The notes under the pieces were generated by a model that was given only the letters and a program-made list of their open reading frames with translations, made no database searches and was not told where the DNA came from. The position numbers and the translations under genes were made by a program. Of a stretch of DNA of 64,000 nucleotides, positions 1 through 8,988 are shown piece after piece. Location: NCBI GenBank assembly GCA_003864455.1, contig BGZN01000001.1, positions 49,677 through 113,676 on the forward strand, written 5' to 3'. Position 1 is the stretch's first letter, and the number at the start of each line of letters is the position of its first letter. The DNA is from Candidatus Termititenax aidoneus (GTDB lineage Bacteria > Margulisbacteria > Termititenacia > Termititenacales > Termititenacaceae).

Positions 1-3000
1 GCGGAATGATCCACAGCATAACCCGGCTTTTCGTTTTGGCCGCCGCGCAGCAAATCATAAGCTGTTTGATACGCGCCGCGCACCGCATTGTAGTATTCCG
101 GATCAGACTGCAGTTTATCCTCATCAACATTTTTCAAGGCATCCAGAGTGTTGGCCAGTTCTTCATATTTATGGCTCATCGCTTGAATACGTCCATCAGT
201 GCCCTCCGGCGGCACAATGCTGTGCCAGGCGGTGTCCACCACTCCCCAATCCGGCGGGATCGCGTCGCCGACTCTCCATTTCACGTCGCGGCCGTCTATG
301 TAATCCGGATTAGCGCCCAGCAGTTTGCGCGGCGCGTCGGGATCGGTGGCCTGCATCAACTCCAAATAATCTGTTTTAAACTTTTGGCCAAAATCCTTAC
401 CTTTAAGCTGTTGGCCAAAATTCTCAACTGTTCGGCCAAAATCCTCGGCCAGCGCCGCGTTGAAAGCGATCAACCCCTGCAGTTCTCCAGCCTGTTTATC
501 CGCCTCAGCTCTGTCAGCATTTTGCAAAGCGGCCAGCATATTCTCAGCTAATTGAAGCATTTCTTCTTCAGTGCCCGGATTGCATCTGATCTCGACCGGC
601 ATTACATTAGTATTGTCAAAAACCAAAATGGATTTAGCCGCCAGAGCTTCGGCCAGAGCATCAGTGCCCGAAACATAGCCATCTTTCAGCTTATGGGCGT
701 CTTGCAAAGCATTGCGGTCTTCGATCAAAATATTCAGCGCTGGCTGTAAACCGGAAGCGGTCAAAGCATCCGCGATCCAGTTCGCGACATCTTTCTCTGT
801 AGGAGATTTTCCGCCGGACTCAAGATAAAATTCCCTGATCTTGTCAAAAACTTCTTGAACCAAATTTTCGCGCAAATCGGCTTTAGCGGTTTCGACAGCT
901 TCCTGTGTGGCCAAAACATGCGCCGCGCTGTTAGCGCCAGGGGCAGTAGCCGGAGCAGTTGCTTTAGTAACCTTTAATTCTTTGGCCAAATTTTCCACAA
1001 AGGCGCGGTCGGCCGGAGTGATCCAGGTTTCCGGAGCATCAGCCGCCGGTAAATGCGCCAGCAGCAAACTCAGCCAGAATTTTTTGGTCGCTTCAGCAAT
1101 TTGCGGCTGATAAGTTTGGTCATTGCCCGCGGCCGCTTTTTGGGCGTTAGCTTCGGCCTGGAGACGCTGTGCCAAACCTAGCAAAACCGCCTGTTCTTCC
1201 TCTGTGCTGACGCTAAAAGCGCCAATCAAATAATTTTGCGCCGCGGACGCGCTGCTGTGGCCGCAAAGCATCTGGCGGATACGGGCAATTTCATTGTCCA
1301 GCGTCTTATCCACCCTGTCCATGTCTGACGTATATGTGGCCGATATATTAAATTCCGCAATAGTGTCAATAACTCCGTCGTTATCCTCATCACGCTCTGC
1401 GCCGGTATACACGCCGTCCGCCGACTGTTTTAACAGCGGCATTTGGAGGGAATATTTTGCACCGGGCTGCGCTCGGCGTTTCCTGACCTCTTCAGCATGG
1501 AGCGCCTGCTGCGCTTCCAGCTCCAGCAAATATTTCTGCAAATTGGCCTGCCGCGCGGCCAAAGAGCCGCTGTTGAGGTCGTATTTGTTCACCTGCGCGG
1601 CCAGATCGCTTATTTCTCCTGCTCTCCGCGCTATATAGGCGCGCTCTATTTCAGCAATATTGTGCGCCTTGATCAAACCCTCCAAAGCCTCAAGCTGCGC
1701 GGTTACGCGGGCTATCGCCCGTAAAGCCTGCGGGTCTTTGCTATAGTCCAGCTGCGCCAAAATATGCGAGTACACTTCACCGGTCAGCTTGTCGTAGGCG
1801 GCGCGGGCTGCGTCAATTTTGCCGGCCTTGAGCAGACCGACTATGCCCTGGGGATTTTTTTCGTTCAAGTGCGGGTAAATAAGCGTTGTTTCGGTGAAAG
1901 TCAGCGTCCAGTCTGGATACTCAAAACGAGGCGGAGTAATTTCGCCCGGTGTTTCTGATATCTTATTGATCTTTGTGGTCATTTCCGCAATAACAGTGCG
2001 AGACCCTGCATTTTTATTGCCATCGGCAACAGTTATAACTCTAACTTCCTGCCCGTTCCAAAACGCTCGCTCAATCGTTTCCGTGCCGGATTCATCGCGC
2101 GTATATTCTTCTCTTACAGTAACAGTACTTTTCGGGGCATTATAAACAAATTCTCTTACGCTCAGTATTGTTTTACTACCATCCTGCTCAAGCCGCTCGA
2201 TTGTACCTTTTGGTGTCGCAGGTGTATTTTCATTGTAACCAGCGATAGTTCTTTTAGCTGTTTGATAATCACTAACAGTTAGAATAACATTTATTAGATT
2301 TCTTATGCTATCAGGAGTGTTAGGTTTAAACGTTACCGTAACGACATTAACCGACTGACCTTTAGAATCTGTCCCTATTCCCCTAGCAAATGTACAAGCA
2401 TCAAATATATCTACTACACTTTGCAATAACTGCACATAAAATTTTGATGTTTTGTCAGAAACATCCTTGTTTTGATCAATTATTTTTCGTAATTCAGCAA
2501 GTTTCAATAAAAAATGCTCTTGATTTTCATACAAACTATAAGACTTTCCATCTGGAATAACTGGCGTATCCGGTATCCACTCCTTTATAGCAGCATCTTT
2601 CACTCCTAATTCAGTCAATGCCAGCCAAGCTAAATCCATTAAGTAAACCAAGGGTCTTTTTAGATTTAAATAAAGCCCGTCTTTTAGGGAAGTTTCATCA
2701 ATGCGTGAACCATCACGAAGCGCCTCTTCACTGCGCTGAGCATTCATCGTAACGTAAAGCCTGCTTAGGGTCAATCCTTCTACATCATTGTTATTTAACG
2801 ATTCTAAAAAAGCACGGCCTGCGTCAGTTCGCCATGTTCCTCTATCTTTATCAATGTTTTTTCCAGCTTTGTTATATTCCGCGGAATAAAGATATGTGTT
2901 GCCATCCTGCTGGGGGCTTCCCGGTAATTCATAATCTTTAGATTTTTCTTCCTTATAATAAGCGGGCAGAGAGGGCGGCGGAGTGATCTCCTTGCCTTCC

Positions 3001-3776
3001 GGCCGCTCCGCATACATCAGCGGTTTGGTATCTTTCGGCGCGGCAGCCCCGTCTTTTATCTGTTTGGCAAATACTACGCTAAATCCCGGCACAGTTTCCA
3101 AACTTATTTCGCCTTCGGCCTGGCCGCCCGGCGCATAAGCAATATCGATATACCGCCTGGCCGCCTCAGCATAAGAAAGGCCGAGATTGGGCTTTGTCGT
3201 GTCCGTTATTTCCGAAACATAAGCGCTTTGATTTGGCGCGTCCGGCTGGCGCATATTTTTTATAAAAGGGAAAGTGTCTTCCAGCCAGTCAAAAGTAAGC
3301 GGCATATAGACTGTATCTTTTCTATTAGTCGTTGTGTCAATTATTTGACGCGTTCCGGACAAGGAAGTCTGGGTCGGTGTTTCATATAGCTTACTCAAAG
3401 CCTCTAGTAGCACTCCTAAAACTTTATGGCCATGAACCGCATCCGCGCTATTGTTATCAACTCTTTGCGCGCCAGCCTGAATGTCCTGGTATATATCCTC
3501 GATCAGCGCTTTGACCGCCGCGTCTTGAGAGCTGGCCAAGATTTCCGCCAGCGTGCCGGCGTCGATCTCATTTTCCTCAATTCTTAAATACAAGTCCCGG
3601 CGCAGCCAATCTTTATTTGTTACAAATAATCTAGGGTTAATATACTCGTCCACACTGGTGAAATCTCTTTCACTATGCTTGGCAAGATCGGACTCTGTGG
3701 CGTTATCCGGGACCTGCCATAGTCTAATGCTATTGCCAAATCCGCTGACAGTTTCTGTATATAATTGCCTAACCAT
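1..3776 (-). CDS. Large hypothetical protein, N-terminal 1,258 codons; its 3' end runs off the left window edge
   Basis: ATG at 3776-3774 with AGGAG (minus strand, 3783-3787) 6 nt upstream. I checked every in-frame codon by hand: no tta/cta/tca at plus positions equal to 0 mod 3 between 3 and 3776. It is absent from the ORF track only because it has no stop in the window. Overlying plus-strand ORFs are short and low-complexity. No recognisable catalytic or repeat motif. Confidence 0.8.
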   Translation of the reverse strand, partial: MVRQLYTETVSGFGNSIRLWQVPDNATESDLAKHSERDFTSVDEYINPRLFVTNKDWLRRDLYLRIEENEIDAGTLAEILASSQDAAVKALIEDIYQDIQAGAQRVDNNSADAVHGHKVLGVLLEALSKLYETPTQTSLSGTRQIIDTTTNRKDTVYMPLTFDWLEDTFPFIKNMRQPDAPNQSAYVSEITDTTKPNLGLSYAEAARRYIDIAYAPGGQAEGEISLETVPGFSVVFAKQIKDGAAAPKDTKPLMYAERPEGKEITPPPSLPAYYKEEKSKDYELPGSPQQDGNTYLYSAEYNKAGKNIDKDRGTWRTDAGRAFLESLNNNDVEGLTLSRLYVTMNAQRSEEALRDGSRIDETSLKDGLYLNLKRPLVYLMDLAWLALTELGVKDAAIKEWIPDTPVIPDGKSYSLYENQEHFLLKLAELRKIIDQNKDVSDKTSKFYVQLLQSVVDIFDACTFARGIGTDSKGQSVNVVTVTFKPNTPDSIRNLINVILTVSDYQTAKRTIAGYNENTPATPKGTIERLEQDGSKTILSVREFVYNAPKSTVTVREEYTRDESGTETIERAFWNGQEVRVITVADGNKNAGSRTVIAEMTTKINKISETPGEITPPRFEYPDWTLTFTETTLIYPHLNEKNPQGIVGLLKAGKIDAARAAYDKLTGEVYSHILAQLDYSKDPQALRAIARVTAQLEALEGLIKAHNIAEIERAYIARRAGEISDLAAQVNKYDLNSGSLAARQANLQKYLLELEAQQALHAEEVRKRRAQPGAKYSLQMPLLKQSADGVYTGAERDEDNDGVIDTIAEFNISATYTSDMDRVDKTLDNEIARIRQMLCGHSSASAAQNYLIGAFSVSTEEEQAVLLGLAQRLQAEANAQKAAAGNDQTYQPQIAEATKKFWLSLLLAHLPAADAPETWITPADRAFVENLAKELKVTKATAPATAPGANSAAHVLATQEAVETAKADLRENLVQEVFDKIREFYLESGGKSPTEKDVANWIADALTASGLQPALNILIEDRNALQDAHKLKDGYVSGTDALAEALAAKSILVFDNTNVMPVEIRCNPGTEEEMLQLAENMLAALQNADRAEADKQAGELQGLIAFNAALAEDFGRTVENFGQQLKGKDFGQKFKTDYLELMQATDPDAPRKLLGANPDYIDGRDVKWRVGDAIPPDWGVVDTAWHSIVPPEGTDGRIQAMSHKYEELANTLDALKNVDEDKLQSDPEYYNAVRGAYQTAYDLLRGGQNEKPGYAVDHS

Positions 3777-3802
3777 AATTATCTCCTTTTCATAACTTCA
3801 CA

Positions 3803-3898
3803 AATTTATCGTAAGTTATTTTTAATCGTTTCACTTTTTTTACTGTTATTACATTTTTTGCCAAATATCCTTTTCCCTATGCCAATTTATCGTAACTT
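3803..3898. promoter_or_regulatory. Direct repeat AATTTATCGTAA(G/C)TT, two copies 81 bp apart, in the divergent AT-rich intergenic region
   Basis: Copies at 3803-3817 and 3884-3898 (14/15 identical), between the large minus-strand ORF and the HisKA/NtrC operon. Reading it as a regulator site is pure inference. Confidence 0.2.
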
Positions 3899-4143
3899 GT
3901 TTCAAATTGATGCATCTATTTTTTCTGATGCATTTTATATCGGCGGTAATGCCCTAAAAACTTGCATTACCTAAAAGGATAAGATTTTTAATTTTGCCGG
4001 AAAAAAACATACACCGGCATAACCGATAGATAGCCGCTCCATAGCTTTAGTGTTTGACAGTACTTTACAATAAGCGGTCCGGGAGTTCAAGTGCTTTTTC
4101 GAAAAAATTGTGCTAGACTTACAGTTCGTGGGGGTTAAAGCTT

Positions 4144-4368
4144 ATGCCGGTCAAGGAAATTATCGAAAAATTCACAACCCAGATGATCCATGATGTGCGC
4201 ACGCCATTGACTGTGCTGGGTATGCTGCACACCACTATGCAAAATCATCTAGCCCAAGCGCCGGAAATGCGCGACGAATTAACCATATTCAAAGAAGAGC
4301 TCGGCAAAATCGAGCAGATCATCGCCAAATACCGCGCGGATCTGCGCGGCCAACTGGAGAGCCAATGA
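4144..4368 (+). CDS. Stand-alone HisKA (DHp) domain protein, 74 aa, with no sensor and no ATPase domain
   Basis: H-box MIHDVRTPLTVL, then a loop and a second helix (ELTIFKEELGKIEQIIAKYRADL). The stop overlaps the next gene's start in ATGA (4365-4368). There is no room for a catalytic domain. Confidence 0.65.
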   Translation: MPVKEIIEKFTTQMIHDVRTPLTVLGMLHTTMQNHLAQAPEMRDELTIFKEELGKIEQIIAKYRADLRGQLESQ

Positions 4369-5828
4369 CCAAAATACTTTTAGTCGATGACGACAAAAAC
4401 ATGCTGCTGCAGTTGGAGCGCATACTCAAAAGCAATCTTGAAAATCTAGAGACACTGAAAGCCGGCGACGGCAAAGAGGCGCTGAAACTGGTCAAAAAAG
4501 AAAATCCGCAGCTCGTACTCATGGATATGCAAATGCCGGGCTTGAACGGCCTGGAAACTTTTGCGGAGATCAAAAAAGCCGCGCCCAAGCAGCTCGTCAT
4601 CATGATCACCGGCTACGGCACGACGGACACCGCCATTGAAGCGATGAAACTGGGCGCGTACGATTACATCACCAAATCTCCGGATCTGCCGGAAATTCTG
4701 CTGCCCATGGTCAACGCCGCGCTGCGTGCCAGCGAGATCATGAACGAAGTCGTGGTGCTGGAAAATGTTACCGACACGCAAAACGTCAATCTCAACGTAC
4801 GCTCGATTATCGGCCTTTCGCCCAAAATGCAGGAAGTTTACAAAAGCGTCGGCAAAATCGCCGGCACGAGCATTCCGGTTTTGCTGATCGGCGAATCCGG
4901 CACCGGCAAAGAATTGGTCGCCCGCGCGGTTTATCACAACTCCAACCGCAAAGACAAAACTTTTCTGGCGATCAACTGCGCGGCCATACCGGAGACTTTG
5001 CTCGAAGCGGAATTATTCGGCTACGAAAAAGGCGCGTTCACCGGCGCTAATGAACGCAAGATCGGCAAATTTGAATTATGCAACGGCGGCACGATTTTTC
5101 TCGACGAGATCGGCGATATGCCGATGTCCATACAGGCCAAAATCCTGCGCGTCCTGCAAGAGCATGAGCTGGAGCGGGTCGGCGGCACGGAAACCATCAA
5201 GGTCGATGTGCGCATTATTTCCGCCACCAATAAAAATTTGCAGGAACTGATCGCCGCCGCTAAATTCCGCGAAGATCTGTACTATCGGCTCAACGGCATT
5301 CAGATCAGTTTGCCGGCTCTGCGCGAACGCCGCGAGGATATTCCCGACATCGTTTCGTATTTTTTGAAAAGATTTAATTATGAGTTTGGCAAAAACATTT
5401 CTGAAATCCCGACGCGCACGCTTGAGCAGCTCAAAAAACACGAATGGCCCGGCAATGTGCGCGAGCTGGAAAACATCGTCAAGCGCGCGGTTGTTACGAC
5501 CACGGGGCCGATTTTGCAGCTCAATCTGAGAAGCGCCGGCGCGGCGGCTGCGGAAACCGCACGCGAGACCACGCTGCGGAATCAAGCTTTCGATCCGGCG
5601 ACTCCGCTGGACGCGCTGATCGACGCGGCGGCCGACTCTCTGCTCGAACGCATGCTCATCATGCCGGAAGACGACCCAGAGCGGCGGGACCTGACCGGCA
5701 AGCTGGAAAAAGCGCTGATCGTCAAAGCCCTGCACAAGCTTGAGGAAAATCAGGTGCGCACCGCCAAACTGCTCGGCATCACGCGCAACACTCTGCGCAG
5801 CCGCATCGCAAAATACGGTGTGCAGTAA
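4365..5828 (+). CDS. Sigma-54-dependent response regulator (NtrC/Fis family)
   Basis: REC domain (LLVDDD..., LMDMQMPGLNG). AAA+ domain with Walker A GESGTGKE, the GAFTGA sigma-54 contact loop (EKGAFTGA) and Walker B IFLDEIG. C-terminal Fis-type HTH (RTAKLLGITRNTLRSRI). Confidence 0.9.
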   Translation: MTKILLVDDDKNMLLQLERILKSNLENLETLKAGDGKEALKLVKKENPQLVLMDMQMPGLNGLETFAEIKKAAPKQLVIMITGYGTTDTAIEAMKLGAYDYITKSPDLPEILLPMVNAALRASEIMNEVVVLENVTDTQNVNLNVRSIIGLSPKMQEVYKSVGKIAGTSIPVLLIGESGTGKELVARAVYHNSNRKDKTFLAINCAAIPETLLEAELFGYEKGAFTGANERKIGKFELCNGGTIFLDEIGDMPMSIQAKILRVLQEHELERVGGTETIKVDVRIISATNKNLQELIAAAKFREDLYYRLNGIQISLPALRERREDIPDIVSYFLKRFNYEFGKNISEIPTRTLEQLKKHEWPGNVRELENIVKRAVVTTTGPILQLNLRSAGAAAAETARETTLRNQAFDPATPLDALIDAAADSLLERMLIMPEDDPERRDLTGKLEKALIVKALHKLEENQVRTAKLLGITRNTLRSRIAKYGVQ

Positions 5829-5832
5829 ATCC

Positions 5833-6390
5833 ATGTCCCGAAAATTGATCGCAGGCCTAGGCAATCCCGGGCCGGAGTACGCGCTGACGCGGCATAATAT
5901 CGGTTTTCTGCTGCTGGATAAACTGGCCGCCGGACAAAAATTCAGCAAAAAGAAATTTTCCGCGCTTTATACAGAAATTAGGCGCGGCGGAGAAAAAATT
6001 ATTCTGCTCAAACCGCAGACTTTTATGAACAGTTCCGGCGAGGCTGTGCGCGCCGCGCTGGATTTTTACAAAATATCCGCGCCAGACCTGCTGGTCTTGT
6101 CCGACGATCTGGATCAGGATTTCGGCGCGGCGCGCTTTCGCGCTCACGGCTCGTCCGGCGGACACAACGGCCTCAAGTCCATCATCGCCTGTCTGGGGCA
6201 CGAAGATTTCGCGCGGATCAAGCTGGGCATCGGCAAGCCGCCGGACAAAGGCCGGACGCTGGATTATGTCCTCGGCCAATTCACCGCCGCGGAACAGGAA
6301 CAACTGCCGGTTATACTGGACAAAGGTTTGGAGTTGATCAATAAGTGGCTGGCCCTGCCGCAGACAGACAAGAATAACCCCTCCTCTTAA
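5833..6390 (+). CDS. pth: Peptidyl-tRNA hydrolase
   Basis: MSRKLIAGLGNPGPEYALTRHNIGF signature. Start trimmed from the track's 5740 to the ATG at 5833, just after the upstream stop. Confidence 0.9.
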   Translation: MSRKLIAGLGNPGPEYALTRHNIGFLLLDKLAAGQKFSKKKFSALYTEIRRGGEKIILLKPQTFMNSSGEAVRAALDFYKISAPDLLVLSDDLDQDFGAARFRAHGSSGGHNGLKSIIACLGHEDFARIKLGIGKPPDKGRTLDYVLGQFTAAEQEQLPVILDKGLELINKWLALPQTDKNNPSS

Positions 6391-6430
6391 ATAAAAAGAT
6401 TTTTAAGTCAAACTGGTATAAAATATATTG

Positions 6431-7084
6431 ATGTGGTATCTGTATCTTGATGAAAGTGGCGATTTGGGCTTTGACTTCAAGAACAAGCATCCTTCTAAAT
6501 ATTTCACAATAACTATCCTTTGTTTTCAGGAAGCACAAGTAAATCGTGAACTGGGGTACGCTGTTAGGAGAACACTGTTCAGAAAATTAAATCAGAGAAG
6601 CCATCGCAAATGCCTGATCGAGGAATTAAAGGGCGCTCACACAACTCTCGACATAAAAAAATATCTATACAGGCAAATTCAACATATTGATTTTAAAATT
6701 TATGCTGTTACCCTGGATAAACAAAAAACTATGCGTTACGCGCGTGACAATAAGGCCTGGCTTTATAACTATGTAGCCAGACTTGTCCTGGACCAAATTC
6801 CTCTGGAAAATGTTGATCGAAAAGGGATCAAATTTATAATCGATAAAAGTAAAGGAAGACTAGAAATAGCGCGCTTTAATGATTATGTCAGACAACATTT
6901 GCATTCACGGCTTAATCCTGACATTCCGTTGTTTATAGCTCACGAAAATTCTAAATTGCAAAGCGGATTACAGGCTGTGGATATGTTTTGTTCCGGCATA
7001 TTCCAAAAATATGAACATAACAAAACTGATTGGCTGAATGTTTTCGCCAGCAAAGTTTCTCAAGAACAGCTTTATCAAGGATAA
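6431..7084 (+). CDS. DUF3800-family protein
   Basis: N-terminal YLYLDESGD motif typical of DUF3800. ATG at 6431 (the track starts at TTG 6428). AT-rich gene between GC-richer pth and hisA. Confidence 0.6.
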   Translation: MWYLYLDESGDLGFDFKNKHPSKYFTITILCFQEAQVNRELGYAVRRTLFRKLNQRSHRKCLIEELKGAHTTLDIKKYLYRQIQHIDFKIYAVTLDKQKTMRYARDNKAWLYNYVARLVLDQIPLENVDRKGIKFIIDKSKGRLEIARFNDYVRQHLHSRLNPDIPLFIAHENSKLQSGLQAVDMFCSGIFQKYEHNKTDWLNVFASKVSQEQLYQG

Positions 7085-7309
7085 TTGCTTAAAGCACGCC
7101 GCTGTGAATCTTCACGTTTAGGCTGTGGCCAACAAGATAGAAGGGAACGCCCAAAACAACTCACAGCGGACTTATTGCTTATATAAATATTAGCACATCA
7201 CTAATACTTACACAATATTTATCGGTAAAACATTGAATAATCTTGCAAAAATCAGTATTTCCAGATTAGACATCGCCCTAACGGACAAGGGATGCTAAAA
7301 TCAGGACAC

Positions 7310-8017
7310 ATGTTCAAAATCATACCGGCTATCGATATACTCGGCGGACAGGTCGTGCGCCTGACCGAAGGCGATTACGCCAGAAGCAAAATATATGCCT
7401 CCGCTCCGGCGGCGGTCGCACGGAAATGGCAGGCTACCGGCGCGCGGCTGCTCCATCTAGTGGATCTGGACGGGGCGCGTGCCGGACGGCCGGTCAATCT
7501 GGAAAGTCTGAAAAAAATTCGCGCGGCTGTCTCCTGCGAATTGGAATTTGGCGGCGGCTTACGCACCGAGGCTGACGTAGCCCAAATCTTTGCGCTCGGT
7601 ATAGATTACGCAATACTTGGTTCGATTGCTTTGAAAGACAAGCCGCTGACCCAAAAACTAGTCGAAAAATACGCGGACAAAATCATTATCGGCATCGATG
7701 CGCGCCGCGGCAAAGTCGCCGCCGCAGGCTGGCTGGAAAATTCCGACATTGACGCCCTGGATTTGATCAAAGAAATGGAAAAACTCGGCGTACGTAAAAT
7801 TATCTACACGGAAATAACCCGCGACGGCACTTTGAGCGGCGCGGATATTGCGCTCTATAAAAAACTGGCCGCTTATACTAAAATCGAAATCATTGCTTCC
7901 GGCGGAGCGGCGTCCAACGCGGATGTGCGCCAATTGTCCGCTTTGCCTTTGGGCGGCGTGATTATCGGCAAAGCTTTGTATGAAAACAAAATCGATCTAC
8001 AGGAGTTGCTGAAATGA
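7310..8017 (+). CDS. hisA: ProFAR isomerase (histidine biosynthesis HisA)
   Basis: MFKIIPAIDILGGQVVRLTEGDY..., (beta/alpha)8 HisA/HisF-type glycine-rich phosphate sites (GGGLR, ASGGA). Start taken at ATG 7310. Confidence 0.85.
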   Translation: MFKIIPAIDILGGQVVRLTEGDYARSKIYASAPAAVARKWQATGARLLHLVDLDGARAGRPVNLESLKKIRAAVSCELEFGGGLRTEADVAQIFALGIDYAILGSIALKDKPLTQKLVEKYADKIIIGIDARRGKVAAAGWLENSDIDALDLIKEMEKLGVRKIIYTEITRDGTLSGADIALYKKLAAYTKIEIIASGGAASNADVRQLSALPLGGVIIGKALYENKIDLQELLK

Positions 8018-8988
8018 ACATCCTGGTTACCGGCGGCGCCGGCTACATTGGTTCACACATGGCGCGTTATATTTTGCGCCGCAAATTGCGGCCGGTGATC
8101 CTGGATAATTTAGTTTACGGCCATAAAGAAAGCCTCCCGCCCCGGATAAAATTTTACCGCGGCGACATCGCCGATCAAAAACTCGTCTCTAAAATAATCC
8201 GCCAAGAAAAGATCGAGGCGGTTATGCATTTTTCGGCCTACGCTTATGTCGGCGAATCGGTAACTAACCCGCGCAAATATTATGAAAATAATTTCAGCAA
8301 AACGCAAAAACTGTTAGATACTCTGCTGGACAACAATGTCGCGCATTTTATTTTTTCGTCCACCTGCGCAACTTACGGTGCGCCTGACACAAAAAAAATC
8401 TCTGAAAAACTGCCGCAAAATCCGATCAACCCTTACGGTTTTACCAAATTGGCTGTGGAAAAAATGCTGGCCGATTACAGCCAGGCCTACGGTCTGCGCT
8501 ACGCCGCCCTGCGCTATTTCAACGCGGCGGGCGCGGACGATGACGGCGCGATTGGCGAAGCGCACGCTCCGGAAACTCACCTGATACCGCTGGCCTTGCA
8601 GTCTATTTTGAATCCGGAAAAACAATTAAAAATTTTCGGCGCGGATTACCCCACGCCGGACGGCACTTGCGTGCGCGATTACGTGCATGTTTACGATCTG
8701 GCCGCCGCGCATCTTCAGGCGCTGGACTATATTGCGCGGCGCAAAACTTCCGATTGTTTCAATCTCGGCTCGGAAAACGGCTACTCGGTGCGCGAAATAA
8801 TTTCGGCCTGCGAAAAAGCCAGCGGTCTTAAAGTAAATTGCCAAGAAACAGGCCGGCGCGCCGGCGATCCGGCGTACCTCGTCGCGGATTCCGGCAAGGC
8901 GCATAAAATTCTCGGCTGGCAGACCAGTTATGACCTGGAAAAAATCATCGCCACGGCGTGGCAGTGGGAAAAACACCGCCGTTACTAA
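8014..8988 (+). CDS. galE: UDP-glucose 4-epimerase
   Basis: MNILVTGGAGYIGSH Rossmann motif, YGFTK (YxxxK), length 324 aa. ATGA overlap with hisA. Confidence 0.9.
   Translation: MNILVTGGAGYIGSHMARYILRRKLRPVILDNLVYGHKESLPPRIKFYRGDIADQKLVSKIIRQEKIEAVMHFSAYAYVGESVTNPRKYYENNFSKTQKLLDTLLDNNVAHFIFSSTCATYGAPDTKKISEKLPQNPINPYGFTKLAVEKMLADYSQAYGLRYAALRYFNAAGADDDGAIGEAHAPETHLIPLALQSILNPEKQLKIFGADYPTPDGTCVRDYVHVYDLAAAHLQALDYIARRKTSDCFNLGSENGYSVREIISACEKASGLKVNCQETGRRAGDPAYLVADSGKAHKILGWQTSYDLEKIIATAWQWEKHRRY

Noticed and set aside
5740-5832. Extended N-termini suggested by the ORF track (5740 for pth, 42646 for ParA, 35986 for CapA, 30989 for the glycosyltransferase, 39426 for the nucleotidyltransferase, 14043 for mpg, 15023 for RelE, 49326 for LptD-like, 50959 for AbrB)
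   Set aside because: The extensions overlap upstream genes or read through repeat elements, and they are Arg/Cys/Pro-rich nonsense. Internal ATG/GTG codons coincide with family-typical N-termini, RBSs or start-stop overlaps.
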